Both the position numbers and the translations under genes were made by a program. The notes under the pieces were generated by a model. That model made no database searches. It was not told the origin of the DNA and worked only from the letters and a program-made list of their open reading frames with translations. This document shows positions 44,649-56,571 of a stretch of DNA of 64,000 nucleotides, piece after piece. Each line of letters begins with the position of its first letter. Positions within the stretch are counted from its first letter, which is position 1. This DNA comes from Leidyana gryllorum EB-2025a (Eukaryota > Protista > Apicomplexa), in the NCBI GenBank assembly GCA_048772705.1, contig JBLWGC010000169.1, positions 136,088-200,087 of the forward strand, written 5' to 3'.

Positions 44649-46710
44649 CTAAAGTCCCGTCACGGTGCGAGATTTCTTCCGCGGGGACGAAGCCCTCAAA
44701 TTATGCAGAGGCACCAATTCCAGACTGCTGATGTCCCCCGTCAAACGCTCCGTGGGGGGTCTGCACACACACAAATATACACCCACCCTGCCAATCTATC
44801 AACCCTTCCTTACACATAGCGCAGTTTCAGGATGTCAAATATATCCTTCTCCGTTGCACACTCTATTGGAGGCCCGGCTGCCACTTTGCCCTCTCGGCTT
44901 CTTACCACTCTGTGCATTCCTTTATCCCCCAATGTGTATCCCATCCGCCCAGCCCGATACCGCATCGCCCGGTTAAAGTAACCGCATCCCGTGAAGTGTA
45001 GGATCGCAAACGCCTCCACACTTTTGCCATACAGCTTTATGTCGATCCGACGAGCCAACTGCTGCCCCTCACCGCTGCCACCCGGCACGCGACACACTCC
45101 ATAGTAACTCTGACATAACGAGTCCCCACCACTGTCATCGCTGCGAGGGACCAACAGATCGTCAATCAGGAAACCCGTCGACTGCAAATGCCGCACCAAC
45201 ACTGTTAACCAGTCGCCCAATGGCTCCTCTTTGAACCACAACATGTCACAGTCTCCACACTCCGTAGCACCCCGACGATACGACCCCGCCGGAACCAAAT
45301 GAGTCTTGTTATCCGCTCCAAAACAGACGTCGATGCCTCTCTGAACCGTCGCAATGATCTCTTCAGCCTCACTCCGAGGCATCTTCTCACAAAAGTCCTC
45401 AAAGTACTTTAGACCGATCCGCTGATTCGTTGTCAAAGGCAACGAATCACTCGGAGCGTTCCGCAGATCCTCTATCGAACGGTATCCCAATGTGTACAGT
45501 TTCTCAGCACCGGCGTGCGCTACACCCCAAATGCTCCCGAACAAACGCAGCACTCCCAATCGCTCATCTTCATCCAATGTCTTCTTCTTCTTGATACTGC
45601 CTGTCGAAAACCACTCCAGTATCTGCCGACCCACACAGATAATCAATTCAATTCGCCCTCAAACTCACCTTCTCGCGAATGTGAGGCCCAATTCGACGCA
45701 ACTCGGGTCGATCTGAAACAAACGCTCGTCGTCAGCCGCCATCCGCAAAGACGCACCGAGATCTGTGGCGCTCTTCAGCTCCCACGGCAATCTGCGGATG
45801 GCGTCAGCCGCCATCCGATACGCCCGTCTGCAATACATAAAACTCCTCCCAACCGTCTCCTTACTGTCGCCAGGGCTGATTCTTCAACTGGCCATACAGA
45901 TCAGAAAAGTCGCGCAGTTCCTGACAGAATGGAGACTCGCTCGCCATCACCACTCTCACCCTTTCTAAGGCTCTATTGAGCGTTTCGTCCTTATGCACCT
46001 GAATCTTCAACTTCCCCTTCGCATCTCGCCGACTCTGAGTGAACGGGGTGGCTCCCATCGATGGAGATCCCGGAGGCCGCTGTGTGGAAGTATCTTTAGC
46101 ATCCGGCCGAGGAGTGGGAGCCTCTGCCACCGACGGCACCGCCGGAGGCTCGGCCTGCACAGTTTCGGCCTCGGGAGATGCCGGGGGTGGGGACTCATTG
46201 GGCACCGGCCGCTTGCGAGTGGTGCCGCCTCCGCCTCCGTCTTCGCCGTGAACGGCGGAATTGCTTTCGTCAGAAGAGAGATGATACACCTGCGAGTCTG
46301 CGGCGTCTGGCAGTTCGGTCTCCGAGGGAATGGTGATGGGGGTAACTTCGTACAATTCCACTCCCAAATCCTTCTTGGCTCTCAGACAATGCGACAGATA
46401 GTCAGTGGTTACGATAGCTATGTGTGAATAGAGCTCTTCATTGTTCTGTATGGCCGCGCGCACGACTTTGCGGGCATTGGCCTTGAGATCTGCAGCAACA
46501 ATAACGGTGGTGGGTGTGTCATCATGTGTCGGTTCCAGTTCGTCCAAATCCTCCAATACAGTCCCTCCGTGGCGTTGTATCTGTGTAGCGAGCACCTGTC
46601 GGCGTTTGGCGGGCAGCTCCCGACCTTTGGGGAGTAGAAAGAATCTTCGACCTGTCGCAAAGGGTCAACATTCTCACTCACCTGTGACCTGTCCACCATA
46701 AAGGCCCCAT
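44649..46710 (-). CDS. POLL: X-family DNA polymerase lambda-like (BRCT + PolX)
   Basis: BRCT-like N-terminus (IQRHGG, VTTDYLSHCL), HhH SIWGVA, AGSYRRG..CGDCDML, RRIDIKL, LHFTGCGYFNRAMR, TEKDIF..L.L.Y.PP.ER. Start is at 46699 or 46710. Confidence 0.9.
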
Positions 46711-46722
46711 GTTATTCTAAAA

Positions 46723-48770
46723 ATGCTTCAACTCAGACAAGCTGTTGATGCTGCCCAGAGTATCGCTCAGCAGGCAGTCACGGATGCACGTTTTGAACTG
46801 AATCGAATGGGGGTCGAGGTGAGTATCTCTCTGCCTGCTTCGCCCGCTCGCTCGCATAAGCTTTGTCAATATATCTATTGGTATTCTATGTATCAGATGT
46901 GGGACAAACCTGATGAGATTGATCCTGTTTTCGATGGACTTGTGCGCGATCAGCGTCAATTCGCAGGAGCCTTGGAAACGGCAAGAAATGCAGCTTTGGA
47001 TCTGCAACGGACTTTTGTTCGCTTGAGCAAAGACCTATCGGACATGGGCGAAGTGAGACTTTATATCTATTACGAAATATGTGCTATCCAATGCTCAGAC
47101 ACTAGTTAGTGCTGTGAGCAATGACAAGACAGCTGCGGCAGAAGCACTCAAGATGAAGGAGGTGCGTGTGGAAAGCACTGCGTCTCGCCGATTTCCGGCT
47201 TGTGCAGGCCTGCAACAAGATATCACGAGCAGATGCGCCTTGCACTGTCGTCTCCAAATTCGTAAGACTCTGCACACACGTGTTCGAAAGCGCCGATTGT
47301 GGGTTGATACAGCGCGTGGACTTGAATTTCAATGTATTGGAGCCGCTTCGGTCCCATCTACAACAGCATGAACGTCTAGAACGACGTTTGGACAGTCGTA
47401 AACGAATGTTGTCAGAAGTGCGTCTGGCGCGGGAAACGGCACGCGAAGCGTGTGCTGGGTCGTCCACGACGCTTCCGGGAAGTACAGTGGTGGCTGAGGC
47501 GCGATTGGAAGATCTGAAGCGGCGCGAAGCCGCCTTTGAAAGAGAAACCTGTGCCATTCTGGAATGGTTGTTAATGCTGGCAGCCCACCGAGATGACATA
47601 ATGGATTCTCTGCTGCAGACTTTCAAGGTGAGCGTTGACAATGTGTGGTTGATTTATATCTGTGCTGATTACTCCACTGATGATTGATGAATTGATTGGT
47701 TTTGGTCTGTGCAGTATCTACAATACGAGTTCTTTGCCGGCAGCGCTCATGCACTGAATGCTGTACTCCCAGGTACGTTTGAGGTACCCCCATGGTGGGT
47801 CATGTATCTCTTTGCGAGTAGAGAAAATGGAGTTCCGACCGTTGGTGGAGATGACTCCGGAGTATTTGGAGCCGCAAGTGCGGCTTTCTGCCGCAATGAG
47901 GCAGGAAAGACTTGCTGCTGATGGAGGTGGCAATAGTGGGTCGTCCTCGATGGCGGGCGGTCGTCCAGAGCAAAAACAGACGGACGGCGGACCACAGCGA
48001 ACATTTCGATCGGAGGCCACGAGTCGTATTCTTGATGCCATGAGCGATAGCGATTCAGTGAGTTGGTTTACAATAAGAGTGGTGGGTTGAAATGGATTTG
48101 TCAGGTAGGGGCACCGGGTGTGGTGCCAGACAGCATTGCTGTGTCGATGCTGACAGCTCAAGGTTTCGAGGAGACCCGAGTGCGAGCAGCGTTGAGGATG
48201 AAGGCTAATAATATGCAGGAGGCTCTTGATTGGCTATTGACGGGGGGAGGCGGTGACGCTTCTTCCCAATCTGAAAATGATCCTCAACAAGTTCGGCGCG
48301 AGAATGAGCTGAGGAGCTCAGTGCGGAAGCCGAGCAGTGTGAAAATAGTAAGTGTGACCTTATGGACGACACAAGACTTATTATGATGATAGTTGGAGGA
48401 ATTGAGACGGTTCGATCAGAGTCGGAAATCCGCAGCTCTGGTGCAGGGCCGCAATGACAATGGGGAAGGGGCTTCGTCAGCTGCGCCGCCTCTGAAAGCT
48501 CAACGTCTTGTGACAAAGCACAATAGATTGAAGCCTCTGTCGCTGCCCAGGCAGTTGATGACAACAATAACAGAACAAGGCGTTATGGAGGTGCGATCTC
48601 AGCCGCCGTCGTCGGATGGCGTTGCTGAGGCGGCAACCAGTGAGGTTGCCAGCGGTCGGAACGCTCTCTTAACTTTACACCAATCGCTTCTTGACGACCT
48701 GGACGAAGAGGATTCTGAGAGCCTTTCATCATCAGATTCCGCTCCATCGTCGACGCCTTCGCGAACCTGA
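46723..48770 (+). CDS. BAR-like helical domain + UBA domain protein
   Basis: UBA: AVSMLTAQGFEETRVRAALRMKANNMQEALDWLL. N-terminal long helices with NVLEPLRSHL...RRLDSRKR, a BAR-like pattern. Multi-exon. Confidence 0.7.
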
Positions 48771-48780
48771 GCAGTGACAA

Positions 48781-50015
48781 CTAATCCGACCCGCTGCTGC
48801 TAAGTAGACAACGACGCTGCCAAGCCTCGAAGGCCTCTTCGTCGGGATTGGCTAAGTATCCAATGATGAACTGGCTGATGGGTAACCCGTCCGTACGGGT
48901 CTCGCGTAACTTAGTCGGCAGATACTCTCTCTGGAATCTTTTGTTCAAAGGCTGTGGATCAAAACTCACCCAATACTCTCGATCAAGCAAGGTGACGCGT
49001 GATCGCAATACCCTGAATGAAGACTCTTGGCAACCGCCACCACACATATAGATCGACTCACCCATACAAATAATTAATGACAGCTTCATTCGGCGTACCC
49101 AGATTCAGGAACCGGCAACACCAGCTGAAGAACACAGTTGTGCGGGCGGCCCTGGGGAAGAAAACACTCACTGAAGTTCCTCTTTCCAGCCGATTCGATC
49201 CTTCTTGACACTTTTCTGTTCAATCAGGAGCCAGAAGCTGCGACCGCCAGTGTAAATACAACCCACACCACACAAGCGACCCTCACCGAAAGTTCCACGC
49301 CGAATTATTGAAAGGGTCCAAGACAATCACATCAGTGACGTATTCATGAAGGTGTTGCGGACTCGAATAGTGTGGCCAAGCTGCGTGTAGCCACATCAGA
49401 TACTCCCATGCGTTATAGTGCTTTGTATCCAAATCAATAAAAGTCTTCACTTGTGCCACCTCTACGACAATATTCGCAATAAACCATTTAGGTGTGCGGA
49501 CAGGGGTGTGTGACCAGAATTTACACAGTGTGCCACACATGTGCCACACACTTGTCACACAGTCTCGCTGTCCACCCTGTATTAATGTATGTTCCTACCT
49601 CCAGTGTAGGTGGATTCTTGGCAGGTAAGGGCGGTCGGAGCCATCACAAGCTGGAACATGCGTCTTCTGTAGTTCCATCCTTGATAGTTCTTGGTGTCGC
49701 CTTCCAGTACCTGATGTACGAACTCTGCGTGTCAAAATGTGTCAAGATGTGTCCAAGTGTGTGACTGACCAATTTCTTTGATAGGGTCCAGTTTCAGTCG
49801 TCGAATGAGTAAATCCCGGGCGTACCACGCCTGATAGAAGCTTACGTTTCTTTCACAGATAGCTTTGGTGGTAAGGTCATAGAGAGCTTGGGCCGCGTTT
49901 GGGTCTTCCAGGCTCGCTAAGATATCTTCACGCCGATGAGGGAAAAAGTCTGTGCACGAGGGGTGGGTTTACGGATGAGGCGGACTACATAGGTCGGAGC
50001 TCTCACCGTTGCCAT
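48781..50015 (-). CDS. Protein prenyltransferase alpha subunit (FTase/GGTase-I-like)
   Basis: PFTA repeats across exons: NVSFYQAWYAR, DTKNYQGWNYRR, DTKHYNAWEY, DPFNNSAWNFR. Confidence 0.85.
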
Positions 50016-50067
50016 CGATTTTGATATATGACGAAAGGGTAGGGCTTGCCATCTTTTTTGCGAAGTA

Positions 50068-51164
50068 ATGAAGTCGTGCCTGAGTTTGAGCAAGGAGGGG
50101 GACTTCGGCAAGTTAATAGAACAGCTTGTGAATCTTATTGAAGTCGCAAAATCTGAGTATTATAATAGGGATCAAAGGATATTGGTGTCTCTAATCGGCA
50201 CACCGGGTGCAGGCAAAAGCACACTGGCGAGTCTCTTGTCCTCCAAGATTAGAGATCGATATCAAGGACGTGAGGACGTGTTCGGTGTGGTCTCTATGGA
50301 TGGATATCATCTCTACATGAGTGAACTGCAAAAGTGAGACTGCACATCTGATCAACGCGAATTGTGATGCGATGCAATGCAATGCAATGCAATGGTTCGG
50401 AATCGAGTGAAAATATCTCACATTTTCCCCCACAGGATGGGGCCTGAAGCTGTCTTTCGCAGAGGAGCGCCACACACCTTTGACGTGCGCAAGCTTGCGT
50501 GAGACTTTGGTGCTCTTTATCCATTTCCATTCGTCTCCTCTTTGCCTTTCCAGTGCCGTACTCAAAGATCTCAAGAATCCTAACAAAGACGTTTTTGTTT
50601 GGGGATTCGACCATGCTGAAGCAGTGAGTGCGCGGGTCGCCCCGTCCAGCAACTCCCCTTCGCCAGGACCCTCGTGAAGAACGCGGCACACTAATCAAAG
50701 CCGGCACCTGCGCCGTGGTCCTGATGGAGGGCAATTATTTGGGTCTGATGGACGGCGGAGACTACGAAAAGCTGATCGTCCCCCTATTCGACAAACATAT
50801 TGTCCTGGACTGCGATCTGTGAGTTTCGACTCTCATCAATCTCCAAGATCTCCCACCCCTCAGAGACGTTGCCGGCACTCGTGTCGCCGAACGTCACGTT
50901 GCTGCAGGACTCACCAAAGACCTCGCAGCTGGCAAGGCGAGGTAAACCGGGGAGCAATGAGGGGGGTCCAATGAGGATGTGTGTCACACCGTGTCGCACA
51001 CCCTCACACAGTGTGTCCGTGTGTGATCGTCACGGGTATCTAGTTGTGGGTATTTTTTCAGATGGGAGGCGAATGATCTGGCGAATGCGCGACAGATTGT
51101 AGAGAGTTTGCCCAAGGAGGTGTGGTTGAGGGTGGACACGAGTGGTTTAGAGTGGGTAGTGTGA
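50068..51164 (+). CDS. P-loop kinase, YFH7/uridine-pantothenate kinase-like
   Basis: GTPGAGKST, SMDGYHL, RRGAPHTFD, FDHA..DP, EGNYL, RWEANDLANA across exons. Confidence 0.88.
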
Positions 51165-51377
51165 TTTTTTGTGGGTAGCGACATAGGCCCTGAAGGGTGT
51201 CTGCGCGGGTGAATGTAAATTTGTATTGAGGGTGCGATCTTGGCGACGAAAGTTGGAAGGCGACTGATAATTGGAATTGTCTGAACGTGAGTGGTTTAGA
51301 AGCTGCGGGTGAGGCGTGGCTGGGTGAGTGAGGTCCGGTTTGTTGGTATAATTTTTGGATAATAGAGTTGTGCCGCG

Positions 51378-52370
51378 ATGTCCGCAATCGGGATGCCAGG
51401 CCACCTGTTGGCCTTATTTGCTCCCCGGCCGGCTTTGGAGAGGTTACCGGCGCCCAAACACAAGACGTACAAGCCGTATAGTGGTCTGGGAGATTTGACG
51501 AGTCTGTTCGAGACTACAGCTCCCCCGCCGGTAGAGCCTTTCGAGCCTCCAAAGGAGCGGAAGGAGCGGCTGAAGAGAGAGAAGCAGAGTCAGGTGGCAG
51601 CGGAGTTGCGTGCGAAGATAGCCGAGTACGACCCGTTCAATGACCCCGAGAAAGTGAAGACGGCTGACCCCCGTAAGACGCTGTTCGTGGGGAGGCTTAG
51701 TTATGAGACCACTGAGAAGAAGCTGCTCAAGACGTTCGAAGCCTATGGCCCCGTACGCGATATTCGATTGGTCACCGACCGCGAAAATAAACCTCGAGGA
51801 TATGCCTTTATAGAATTCAAGTCTTCGGACTCTCTCCGGTCGGCCTACCGAGACGCCATGGACAAACTCATCGACGGACGCAAAATCGTAGTCGATTACG
51901 AACGGGCGCGGACGACCAAAAAGTGGCTGCCCAGAAGACTCGGAGGCGGAGAAGGACCCCCGCGGAAAGGCGTATCCAAAAAGGAACTCGCAGCCAGAGC
52001 CGCCGAACGTAGACTCCAGAGCGGAGGCGGACCGCAACCCGGAGGAGGACCCATGAGACGCGAAATGACCGGAGGCGGAGGCGATCGCGGCGGACCCGGC
52101 GGACGAGGCGGACATAACAACCGCAGAAGAGACAATAACTTCCCGCCCAGAGAAGGGGGGGGCAGATTCCGCAACTTCGCCGGTACTGGAGGAGGAGGAG
52201 GCGGCGGCCCCAATAATGATCACCACCACCAAAACCGAGAGGGTGGAGGATACAGATACAGAAACTACGGACCCTATTCTGGAGGCAGCCCTCCCCCACG
52301 CCGCTCCTACCAGCGCGAATCCGACAATGCCACTGGCGCCAACAACATCCCCGTTGGTCGACGGTATTAG
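51378..52370 (+). CDS. SNRNP70: U1 snRNP 70 kDa protein
   Basis: LLALFAPRP, DP.KTLFVGRLSYETTEKKL, KPRGYAFIEF, VDYERART.K.WLPRRLGGG. Single exon. Confidence 0.97.
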   Translation: MSAIGMPGHLLALFAPRPALERLPAPKHKTYKPYSGLGDLTSLFETTAPPPVEPFEPPKERKERLKREKQSQVAAELRAKIAEYDPFNDPEKVKTADPRKTLFVGRLSYETTEKKLLKTFEAYGPVRDIRLVTDRENKPRGYAFIEFKSSDSLRSAYRDAMDKLIDGRKIVVDYERARTTKKWLPRRLGGGEGPPRKGVSKKELAARAAERRLQSGGGPQPGGGPMRREMTGGGGDRGGPGGRGGHNNRRRDNNFPPREGGGRFRNFAGTGGGGGGGPNNDHHHQNREGGGYRYRNYGPYSGGSPPPRRSYQRESDNATGANNIPVGRRY

Positions 52371-52396
52371 TAAAGACAAAAGACACCCCTTTTCGT

Positions 52397-54041
52397 CTAC
52401 TTGGTAACGAATATACGCACCAACCCGTGCAAGTCCAACTGCACGGAACTTAATGCCCGACTCTTCCACAAATCTATCGCCGCCGATAATTGCTGCTTCA
52501 CCTCTTCCAATCGCCCTCCCGGCACATTACTCAAATCCACCTTCAATTTCACATCCAAAGGAAACGGAGAATGTGGACTGTACACCGCTAAAATCTGTTT
52601 GAGTACAGGAACGTTCTCTACGCGCCGCAAATCGCGAACCCAATCTCTCCTCTGCCGCCAACACATCAAGCGCCGCCGTCCACCACATACTCACCGGTAT
52701 AACTGAAAGCTCGGCGTTCCCTTCCTCCTGAATGTGTAGGGAGACTTCGAAAATGTCCTTGGCGGCCGAACCCTCCGCGGCATAACTGAAAAACACGGAT
52801 ATATCAAGATGTGTCAAGGAGTGTGCCAAGGGTGTGCCAAGGGTGTGCCAAGGGTGTGTGACAAGGTGTGTGAGTCAAGAGGGGTGTGTCAACTTACACG
52901 TCGGTCATCACTGCTATCTCCTCGGCAAGATATCTGTTGTAATCGACCTGACCGTCGGGTGTCATCTCCACATCGTCGAAATACGGCCTAATGCCGTGCA
53001 CTTCGCTCAAGATGCCTTCAAGCTTCGCGATCTCCTCTTCTAGGAACTTCGCTTCACTCTGTGCCTGGGGATGGAAAAGAAAGGGCAGGCCCTATCATTA
53101 GGAGCTCTCCAAGTTCAAGCCACCTCACCATCTTCAAGTCGCGGATCTCCTCTTCAATGAGCTTTACATTCGGTGTAATTTGGTCAGCGTGGATCGTCGC
53201 AGCCTCTCTGTCCAGATCTTCTATGCGCTTCTGCGCTTCCTCCCGTTGTTTCTTGTACTCCGCCGATACTTTGGGCCAATCATCTATATTACTGTCGCCA
53301 CTCCTAACAACCGACCGAAAGCTCCACAATCTGTCAGTCCGTCCACGTACTTTTGCTGAGAGAACTTTGTCGAATTAGAGTACTCCTCTATCATCGCCCG
53401 ACTCTCTTTCAATAGTTCCTCGCGAATCGCTTCGCTCCCTCTCCATTCTGTCTTACGCATCACCGCCCGCAGTCGCACCCACAGACTCACCCGTGGGCAT
53501 CGCCTCCAACATGTTGATGGTATCAGTAAACATCGCCTGAGCTTCAGCGGCTTCATTGGTCTCGTCAGCCTGCTGCTGCTCAAATTGTGCCACAGCTGCA
53601 TCACTCAGTTCATTTTTCTGTACGAACACACTCAAATACACCCACCAGCCTTAGCCTCCTCCTCCCAACGACCACTTTTCGTGATTTCCTCGAAAGTCGA
53701 ACAATTCTCCAAGTGCTTCACAACCTCGTTCTCCGTCAATAGACTGAATATTGCCGTCCGATATAATTGCAGTCGGCGCTAACAGTAAGAAAAAGTCGTT
53801 ACCAACGAATGGATCTCCACTCGTGAACCCACACAAACACATCAAGACACACACACACACACTTTACATAATCCATCAGAGAGAAGTCCTTCCTTCATTC
53901 CTTCCGACCCCAACAATAAATCAGACTCACATCATAACGCTGACTTTTCTCAGCCGCGGCCGACGGACATTCAGAGGCAATAATGCAGTTTTCGTCCGTG
54001 AGTACGTCGGCCAACTTTTGCAATGCCTCGATCGGTTCCAT
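52397..54041 (-). CDS. Multi-exon coiled-coil hypothetical protein
   Basis: ATG 54041 (MEPIEALQKLADVL). Short coding frames with heptads (KKQREEAQKRIEDLDREA) lie between canonical splice sites, and the stop is at 52397. Confidence 0.55.
52811..52872. repeat. Intronic 10-bp minisatellite GGGTGTGCCAA-like
   Basis: About 5 degenerate tandem copies. Confidence 0.8.
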
Positions 54042-54304
54042 CCTATATTGCTATCTCAGGCGAAAGGAGAGTGGTGAGCGTCTTAATCTCCCCTGTTAGG
54101 AGCAGATCTCCGCCGCTTACAAATCAGTTTAGTGGGCAAACGGCCACTCTCCTTCGAGGTTGGACTGTGTGTCACACTATCTTTCGCTTTCTATGTCTCC
54201 ATAAGGGTGTCTGATGTGATGAATTGTTGTTTCTATTGGCGTGTGTCCCCCCAGACGTGACAGGGAGAGGCTGCTGCTGCTCTTTGGTTGGGCTGAAGAC
54301 AACA

Positions 54305-54590
54305 ATGTTGAGGGTCGATATGCAACCCGACAAGCATCGCCCGACAGCTGGCGGTTATTTGCCTCGTCTGCCCGGCGAAGGCAAGATCAAAATGGTGGCC
54401 CCGCACCTCAAAAGTCCTCTGTACGCAATATATGGATACGTATGTATATACACACCACGGCCTACCAGTCAGCCAGCCAGCCAGCAGCAGTACCAATCCA
54501 TCGAGCCCAACCCACGAGGTACGTAGGGGGAGAGGGGATCAGAGGGGTAAACGTCAAGTCGCCCCCTCAGAAAACGGTATCTACTTCTAG
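54305..54590 (+). CDS. Putative small protein ending ...YQSIEPNPRENGIYF
   Basis: Frame of ORF 54224-54526 with candidate introns 54440-54490 and 54519-54570. The start is uncertain. Confidence 0.35.
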
Positions 54591-56508
54591 GAATTCCGCT
54601 TTTCGTCGGCTTTCTGTGCCGCTCTGCAACGAATTGGGATTATTTCATAGCAGCCATTCAGCCCGACAACTTACGCAATGTACGCGTCCTGGAATTGTTC
54701 CCGAGCATCAACTGGTGCGGCTTGATGCAGATGCAACTCAGCCTCCTTTTGGAAGATCGACCCCAACTTCTTCAACCCTTCAGCTCTCAATTTTCGCTCG
54801 TCCGATTCAATCCCTTTGTCATTGACATATTTCTTCGCTGCATTTCGTACAGTACTCTCCACATCATTTACACAGATCTTCAGCATCACTTCCAAAACAT
54901 ACTTGAGAGACTTCTCGGCGGCTTCGATCTCCTCCGCCGTCATGGTCTGGTTGTCAGCATCATCACCGTCCACCTCCTCCCCTTCAACATCCGTTCGCGC
55001 CTTCTGCTGAGCTTTCTTTACTTTCTTTGCCCCACTGTGAGCCTTTTGTGCCGCCCGTATCATCTCCCAGACAGTACTGATCTGCCGCCGTTGGTTATCC
55101 ATCTTGGCCATTGTTCCACCCATAAGCCATGACTTTTGCGCATCTGAAAACAAGCATCATCGGCAGTTGCCGGTCGCCTGGCTGTACTCACCAATGTACT
55201 GTTGAGCATAATTGGAGTATGCGAATCCAATGGAATCAACCAAAGGGGCACCGAATGACTTGGAGCACAAGTCTTTTGCCACCTGAGGACGTCTGTCTTG
55301 GAGAGCACACGTGTGTGCGCAATGCTTACCAGAGACATTTGATGCTTCCAGCGGGCGACTTGCTCCGGATTGTTATCCCTTCGAGCGTCTACGTACGGAC
55401 TGATACGTTCTCGCAATTTTCTGGCGAGCTCATAGACTCGCAACCGTTGTTCAATGTCAGCACCTTCATTGGTACCGAAAACATCCTCTGAGTCGAGGAT
55501 GAAAGCGAGTCGCAAGGTTCCGATGAAATCCTGCATGGCATCACTGCCAAACAGCATACCGAAAAGGAGGCTGGAGTCCATGAATTCCATATGATCAGCT
55601 GCTTCTTTGCCATGCTTATCATACTGAGCTCGCCGACTGTCATCTCCCAACACCTGATAGGCTTCGCCAATCTGTTGGAAGCGGTCTTTAGCATCAGGAT
55701 CGTCTGGATGTTTGTCAGGATGTGATTCCTTAGCCAACTTGTAATATGCTCTGCGGATCTCATCTGCTGACGCATCTGTGCCCACTCCCAGGAGATCATA
55801 GTATGTGGTGTCGGCAACCTTCCGACTGGATCCCGATCGGAACATGGTACTGCCACCTGGTGTGGAGTCTTGAGCTTCTCTCTTTTGTTCAGCTGCTCGC
55901 TTATACTTTTCATGTTCCTCTTTGGCTTCATTGTACCCGACGTCTAATTCCTTGTATTTGTCCACCCAGACACCCTTTTTGGAATCGTACTTGGTAGGTT
56001 GGCCGACTTGGTCGATAGCAGTTTTGGTATTTCCGATTCCTTGAACTACCTGATTGACTCCTGACACAGTGCCAGCAATTGGGAAGACCACCAAACCAGC
56101 CACTCCAGCACCAATGCCTTTGCCAAGGCCAGAAAGGCCTTCTTGTCTGGCACCAATAACTGGAGCAGATACAAACGTTAAGAGTCCTAATCCGACGCCT
56201 TTGGCGACCTCTCCAACGCCACTCAAGAGTCCAGTACCGATATGGCTGGGCTTTGAGGTGCTGAACACACTCCCCATCAGATTAGCATCCTCCTCTTCCT
56301 CTCGCTTCCTCTCTGCTTCGGCATCAGTCTCAGCGTCGCGGGTTCTTTGGCCAGGGATCAGAGCCAGTTGATTGGCTTCAGGGTCGATATCTGACACTCC
56401 TCGAGCAATAGGAAATGGACGGTTTTCATCGCCTTGGTTCTGAAGACTACTCTCTTCTGGCCGAGTTGTATCCTGTTGGGACATTGAAGCTGCGGACTCC
56501 GTAGCCAT
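54587..56508 (-). CDS. DnaJ protein with DnaJ-X domain (paralog 1)
   Basis: J domain VADTTYYDLLGV...ESHPDKHPDD...FQQIGEAYQVLGD. Gly-rich amphipathic N-terminal region. X-domain exon ..KICVNDVESTVRNA... Last exon AAQKADEKRNS*. Confidence 0.9.
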
Positions 56509-56571
56509 ATCTCGCTTTTTTAACGCTACTTATTACATGTACTTTTCGCACCAGAAAATGTGTTATCAAAA

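Noticed and set aside
1-52370. Functional cluster of RNA-processing genes (EEP nuclease, MPE1-like, Not3-like, SmD1, U1-70K)
   Set aside because: They are interspersed with unrelated genes over 52 kb, which is expected by chance in a compact genome.
51444-52469. 341-aa antisense ORF over U1-70K, and many similar shadow ORFs
   Set aside because: These are antisense or alternative-frame shadows of GC-rich real genes with no recognisable motifs.
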